A DNA stretch of 10,521 bases from Bdellovibrionota bacterium. Lineage in GTDB: Bacteria > Bdellovibrionota_C > UBA2361 > JBGSMV01. The stretch's first letter is position 1, and every line of letters begins with the position of its first letter. Made by a program: the position numbers and the translations under genes. The notes below the pieces were generated by a model, which searched no databases, was not told the origin of the DNA, and saw only the letters and a program-made list of their open reading frames with translations. The stretch spans positions 1-10,521 of the forward strand of contig JBIKWF010000135.1 in NCBI GenBank assembly GCA_044356455.1. The letters run 5' to 3'. Below, piece by piece: positions 6,634 through 10,521 of the stretch.

Positions 6634-7581
6634 ATGGACCAAGAACTACTTACCGACCTCTACCGCAAAATGCTGCGCATTCGGCGCTTTGAAGAGGAGG
6701 CTGCCAGGCTTTATACCGAAAGAAAGATTGGAGGATTTCTTCATCTCTACATCGGACAAGAGGCGGTCGCGGTTGGAGCGCTCTCGGTGCTGGAGCCCAA
6801 GGACTATATTATGACGGCCTATCGCTGCCATGGGCACTACCTTGCACGAGGGGGAAGCTCAAGAGCGGGCATGGCAGAACTCATGGGAAAAGAAACAGGC
6901 TGCGCTAAGGGCCGCGGAGGCTCCATGCATTTCTATGATGCAGACCTGCACTTTATGGGCGGTTGGGGAATTGTGGGAGCACAAGTACCCGTAGCGGCGG
7001 GAATTGCCTTTGCGCAAAACTACCAGGGCTCTGATGCGGTTTCGATCTGCTTTATGGGCGATGGCGCTATCAATATCGGCTCTTTCCATGAGGGCCTCTC
7101 TCTCTCAGCGCTTTGGAAACTCCCCGCAATTTATGTGATTGAAAACAACCATTTTGCAATGGGCACGCCGCTTGAGAAAACCTTCCCGACGGATGACCTC
7201 TCCATTCGGGCCCTCGGGTATCCCATGGCACGCGCATCAGTTGATGGGCATGACGTGTTTGCCGTTCGCTCTACGATTCACACAGCAGTAAAGCGGGCCC
7301 GCGAACAGAAACTCCCTACCCTGATTGAGGCGAAAACCTATCGCTACCGAGGACACTCCATGGCAGACCCCGCCAAGTATCGTACCGAAGCGGATGTCGA
7401 GGGATGGAAAAGCCGCGACCCAATTAAGACGCTGGGTGAAAAACTTGACGCGCTAGGCTACAAAACCGCCCGCGAGAACATCGACCGACAGATCGAAGAT
7501 GAGATTATGGACGCCGTAAAGTTTGCCGAGGAGTCACCATTCCCGGCTCTCGATACCGCCAGCGACTACGTATACGCCTAA
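6634..7581 (+). CDS. pdhA: Pyruvate dehydrogenase E1 alpha subunit
   Basis: IGGFLHLYIGQEA, YRCHG, KGRGGSMH, TPP-binding GDGA...ENN and TYRYRGHSMADP. The likely start is ATG 6634 (AGGA at 6624-6627), not 6460. Confidence 0.95.
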   Translation: MDQELLTDLYRKMLRIRRFEEEAARLYTERKIGGFLHLYIGQEAVAVGALSVLEPKDYIMTAYRCHGHYLARGGSSRAGMAELMGKETGCAKGRGGSMHFYDADLHFMGGWGIVGAQVPVAAGIAFAQNYQGSDAVSICFMGDGAINIGSFHEGLSLSALWKLPAIYVIENNHFAMGTPLEKTFPTDDLSIRALGYPMARASVDGHDVFAVRSTIHTAVKRAREQKLPTLIEAKTYRYRGHSMADPAKYRTEADVEGWKSRDPIKTLGEKLDALGYKTARENIDRQIEDEIMDAVKFAEESPFPALDTASDYVYA

Positions 7582-7603
7582 TTGATTTTTTAAGAGACAA
7601 GTC

Positions 7604-8614
7604 ATGCAAGATGCATCAGGACAAGCAGGAGTCCGCGAAATAGCAATTAGAGACGCCCTTCGAGAGGCGATGAGCGAAGAGATGCGCCGCGATGAGCGCG
7701 TATTTCTGATGGGAGAAGAAGTCGGGTCCTACAACGGCGCCTACAAATGCTCCCGCGGGATGCTCGATGAATTTGGAGCGAAACGCGTCATCGATACTCC
7801 GATCGCTGAAAACGGCTTTACGGGCGTGGGAATTGGAGCCGCAATGGTAGGTCTTAGACCCATCATTGAGTTCATGACTTTTAATTTCTCCCTCGTCGCC
7901 ATTGATCAGATTCTGAACACCGCGGCCAAGGCGCGCCTCATGTCGGCGGGTCAGTTTGCCACTCCGATTGTGTTCCGTGGTGCTGGCGGCGCGGCCTACC
8001 AACTTGGCGCTCAGCACGCGAATTCCTTTGACCATTTTTATGCCTATACACCGGGCCTGATAGTCGTGGCTCCCGCAACGCCCTACGATATGAAGGGACT
8101 CCTGAAGAGTTCAATCAGAGACGACAACCCCGTTGTTTTCTTTGAGTCTGAACTTACCTACTCGTTAAAGGGACCCGTCCCGGAAGAAGAGTATCTCGTG
8201 CCAATCGGCGTTGCGAACGTGCGCAGAGAGGGTTCTGACATTTCAATTATTACCTGGTCCAAAAACGTATTTGTCGCAGACGCCGTTGCGGAGGAACTTG
8301 CCTCGAAGGGCATCTCCGCTGAGGTAATCGATCTTCGAACCCTGCGGCCACTGGACAAGCAGACGGTGCTTAACTCTGTAGCGAAGACACACCGCGCGCT
8401 CATTATTCAAGAGCAGCACCAAGTCGCAAGCTATGGCTCGTGGCTCAGTCACGTGATTTCAACCGAGATATTTGACGAGCTCGATGCTCCCGTAGGACTT
8501 GTCTCGATGCTCGAAGTCCCCATGCCCTACTCAAAGGCACTCGAGCCAGTGATTCTCCCCTCTAAGGAGCGCTGCGTTGAAGAGGCCATGAAGGTGCTTG
8601 AAGGACATCGTTAA
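7604..8614 (+). CDS. pdhB: Pyruvate dehydrogenase E1 beta subunit
   Basis: EEMRRDERVFLMGEEV, RVIDTPIAENGF, LRPIIEFMTFNF, PIVFRG, AQH and EVIDLRTLRPLD; starts 22 nt after pdhA. Confidence 0.96.
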   Translation: MQDASGQAGVREIAIRDALREAMSEEMRRDERVFLMGEEVGSYNGAYKCSRGMLDEFGAKRVIDTPIAENGFTGVGIGAAMVGLRPIIEFMTFNFSLVAIDQILNTAAKARLMSAGQFATPIVFRGAGGAAYQLGAQHANSFDHFYAYTPGLIVVAPATPYDMKGLLKSSIRDDNPVVFFESELTYSLKGPVPEEEYLVPIGVANVRREGSDISIITWSKNVFVADAVAEELASKGISAEVIDLRTLRPLDKQTVLNSVAKTHRALIIQEQHQVASYGSWLSHVISTEIFDELDAPVGLVSMLEVPMPYSKALEPVILPSKERCVEEAMKVLEGHR

Positions 8615-8636
8615 AACACCACAAGGAGAAGCGACC

Positions 8637-9167
8637 ATGCCAGCAATCCCGTTCCAGACTAAGACACCTGAGATCGGGAAGGGATGTTTCATAGCTCCCG
8701 ATGCCTGGGTAATAGGTGATGTGGTATTTGGGCCCCAAGTCTCTGCATTTTTTGGAGTAGTCGCACGCGGCGACATCAAAGCGATTCGCGTGGGAGCGGG
8801 AACAAATCTCCAAGAACACGCCCTGCTGCACACCTCAACCGGGCTTAGTGACTGCATAGTTGGCGCAAATGTAACTGTTGGCCACCGCGCCATTTTGCAC
8901 GGCTGCACGGTCGAAGACTCCTGTATCATCGGCATGGGCGCCACCGTGCTCGACGGCGCAGTGGTAGGAAAGTATTCAATCGTTGGCGCTCAGTCTCTGG
9001 TGCCTATGGGGATGAAGATTCCCGAACGTAGCCTGGTCCTTGGAGTGCCCGCCAAAGTGGTCCGCACTATCTCTGAGAACGAAGTTAAAAACATAAACGA
9101 ATCTGCAGAACATTACCGGACCTTAGGGGCTGAATATCAAGCTCAATTCTCCAAAGTCCCCCGATAG
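8637..9167 (+). CDS. Gamma carbonic anhydrase family (YrdA/Cam-like) left-handed beta-helix protein
   Basis: Hexapeptide repeats, ARGD motif, and three Zn-ligand His residues in NLQEHALLH and VGHRAILHG. AAGGAG RBS precedes ATG 8637. Confidence 0.92.
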   Translation: MPAIPFQTKTPEIGKGCFIAPDAWVIGDVVFGPQVSAFFGVVARGDIKAIRVGAGTNLQEHALLHTSTGLSDCIVGANVTVGHRAILHGCTVEDSCIIGMGATVLDGAVVGKYSIVGAQSLVPMGMKIPERSLVLGVPAKVVRTISENEVKNINESAEHYRTLGAEYQAQFSKVPR

Positions 9168-9275
9168 AAACCGCGCTTGTTTTCGCCCCTGTTGCAGTTG
9201 CCACTTCTCGGGGAAATATCTGTTAATTAGGCGACTCCCTCGCTACGATTCACACCATGCATATATGGATGGGGC

Positions 9276-10367
9276 ATGGAGCTACCCCTTTCACCACGTC
9301 CAGCGCACCTTCAGTTCGACATGAAAATGCCAGAGAATCAGCGACCCAAAATGGAGCCAGTCACCGAATTTGAATCACGGCTTCGGGGCTTATTTCTTGG
9401 GCTCGCTATCGGAGACGCACTAGGACTGCCAGTAGAGACTTTAAGCCCTCAGCAAATCGCTCTTGAGTATGGCAGCGTATCCTCCTTCCTCCCGATCGAG
9501 AGAAATCCTTTCTTTCCCAGGTCGGATACACCAGGAGTAGTAAGCGACGACACTCAGCTCAGCATCGCGGTCGCGGAGGCTATCCTATTTTCAGGAAAAC
9601 TAGACCTAGACTCGCTTGTTTCTGCCCACATAGAAGCATTCCACACCTCAGTCCTAGGTTGGGGGAAAAGCACCAAGGAAGCAGTCGCCAACCTGGCACG
9701 CGGTGCGCACTGGTCAGAAGCCGGTCAATCAAACGACCCGAAACGTGGCACGGGAAATGGCGTCGCCATGAAGGTTGCCCCTATCGCCGCCTATCTTGTT
9801 GCGACAGGGCAAACGCTCGAAACAATCAAGGACAGCGCCGCTCAGCTGGCCCTCATGACACACTACACCAGCATGGCAGTTTCTTCCGGCTTTGCTCAAA
9901 TTGCTGCCGTAACCTACTGCCTTACCCACAAGCCTGAAGACTTTGTTGCGGAGGAGTTCATGGCTCAGGTAGTTGAAGCCTCACGCATGGGCGAGCAGTA
10001 TCTGCCTGAAACATTAGGCGCGGATCAACTTACCAAGAATTTAAGTCGCGTACTTGAGGTAGCAAAGGAAGGACCGGAGGTGATCGCGCAAGAATTTGGA
10101 GGTGGTAGCTGTTACGTATTCCATTCTCTGCCCTTTAGTTATTGCCACTTTCTGCGCGCACCCCTAAGAATTGACTCTCTCTTTGCGGTGGTGAATGCCG
10201 GTGGCGACACCGACTCTAACGGCTCCATGGTTGGCGCTCTTCTTGGCGCACTTAACGGGGGCATGCTCTTCCCTGCTGAATTAGCTCAGCAGGTGCAAGG
10301 CTCTGACAAAGGCATGCATCTCGCAGCGAAGTTCGCAAAGATAAGTGAAAATTGTTCTTCTTCTTAA
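9276..10367 (+). CDS. ADP-ribosylglycohydrolase (DraG/ARH family)
   Basis: GLAIGDALG, SDDTQ, GNGVAMK, ALMTH and GGDTDSNGSMVGALLGA. The start is uncertain (9276, 9321, 9327 or 9351). Confidence 0.92.
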   Translation: MELPLSPRPAHLQFDMKMPENQRPKMEPVTEFESRLRGLFLGLAIGDALGLPVETLSPQQIALEYGSVSSFLPIERNPFFPRSDTPGVVSDDTQLSIAVAEAILFSGKLDLDSLVSAHIEAFHTSVLGWGKSTKEAVANLARGAHWSEAGQSNDPKRGTGNGVAMKVAPIAAYLVATGQTLETIKDSAAQLALMTHYTSMAVSSGFAQIAAVTYCLTHKPEDFVAEEFMAQVVEASRMGEQYLPETLGADQLTKNLSRVLEVAKEGPEVIAQEFGGGSCYVFHSLPFSYCHFLRAPLRIDSLFAVVNAGGDTDSNGSMVGALLGALNGGMLFPAELAQQVQGSDKGMHLAAKFAKISENCSSS

Positions 10368-10396
10368 TCCTCAAGCGGCTGGATTTACGTTCGGTA

Positions 10397-10521
10397 ATCG
10401 GGATAGGACCGCCCCTCACGAGGCGGCTCCTCCCACACCACCGGACATACGGGTCACGTATCACGGCGGTTCGGCGGGAGCTAAGCACGTAGGCCATCTA
10501 CCAAGGAAGGCAGCCCGAGAG
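10397..10521 (-). mobile_element. 3' end of a group II intron, class IIC (domains V and VI)
   Basis: Minus strand reads GAACCGCCGTGATACGTGACCCGTATGTCCGGTGGTGTGGGAGG (short domain V with CGC triad), then AGCCGCCTCGTGAGGGGCGGTCCTATCCCGAT (domain VI ending in AY at 10397). Confidence 0.92.
10481..10521 (-). CDS. C-terminal fragment of the group II intron reverse transcriptase/maturase
   Basis: The frame from 10519 reads LGLPSLVDGLRA*, with the stop 8 nt before the domain V motif. An LGLPxL ending with no endonuclease domain is typical of class IIC intron-encoded proteins. Confidence 0.75.
   Translation of the reverse strand, partial: LGLPSLVDGLRA

Noticed and set aside
813..9937. The many short antisense or alternate-frame ORFs in the track
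   Set aside because: They overlap well-supported genes or promoter regions and carry no recognisable motifs, so they are treated as shadow ORFs.
10252..10497. 81-aa minus-strand ORF, or an SRP/tRNA-like RNA
   Set aside because: The region is explained by intron domains V and VI plus the antisense strand of the ARH gene.

Overview
Bacterial chromosomal window, mostly housekeeping. From left to right: a truncated, atypical response-regulator receiver gene (-, missing from the ORF track), divergent from a lexA-recA pair (+); a degenerate metallo-beta-lactamase-fold gene (+) convergent with a RuvC-like resolvase plus secreted EEP nuclease pair (-); pdhA-pdhB with a gamma-carbonic-anhydrase-family gene (+); and an ADP-ribosylglycohydrolase (+). 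The right edge holds the 3' end of a class IIC group II intron on the minus strand (RT/maturase C-terminus, domains V and VI), also missing from the ORF track. Other signals are a three-copy family of REP-like palindromes with variable interiors, a LexA with a 125-aa N-terminal extension containing two 15-bp tandem repeats, and a candidate non-canonical SOS operator shared by the lexA and ruvC-like promoters. I find no convincing evidence for a complete novel multi-gene system; the best leads are listed as findings. All calls come from reading motifs by eye.
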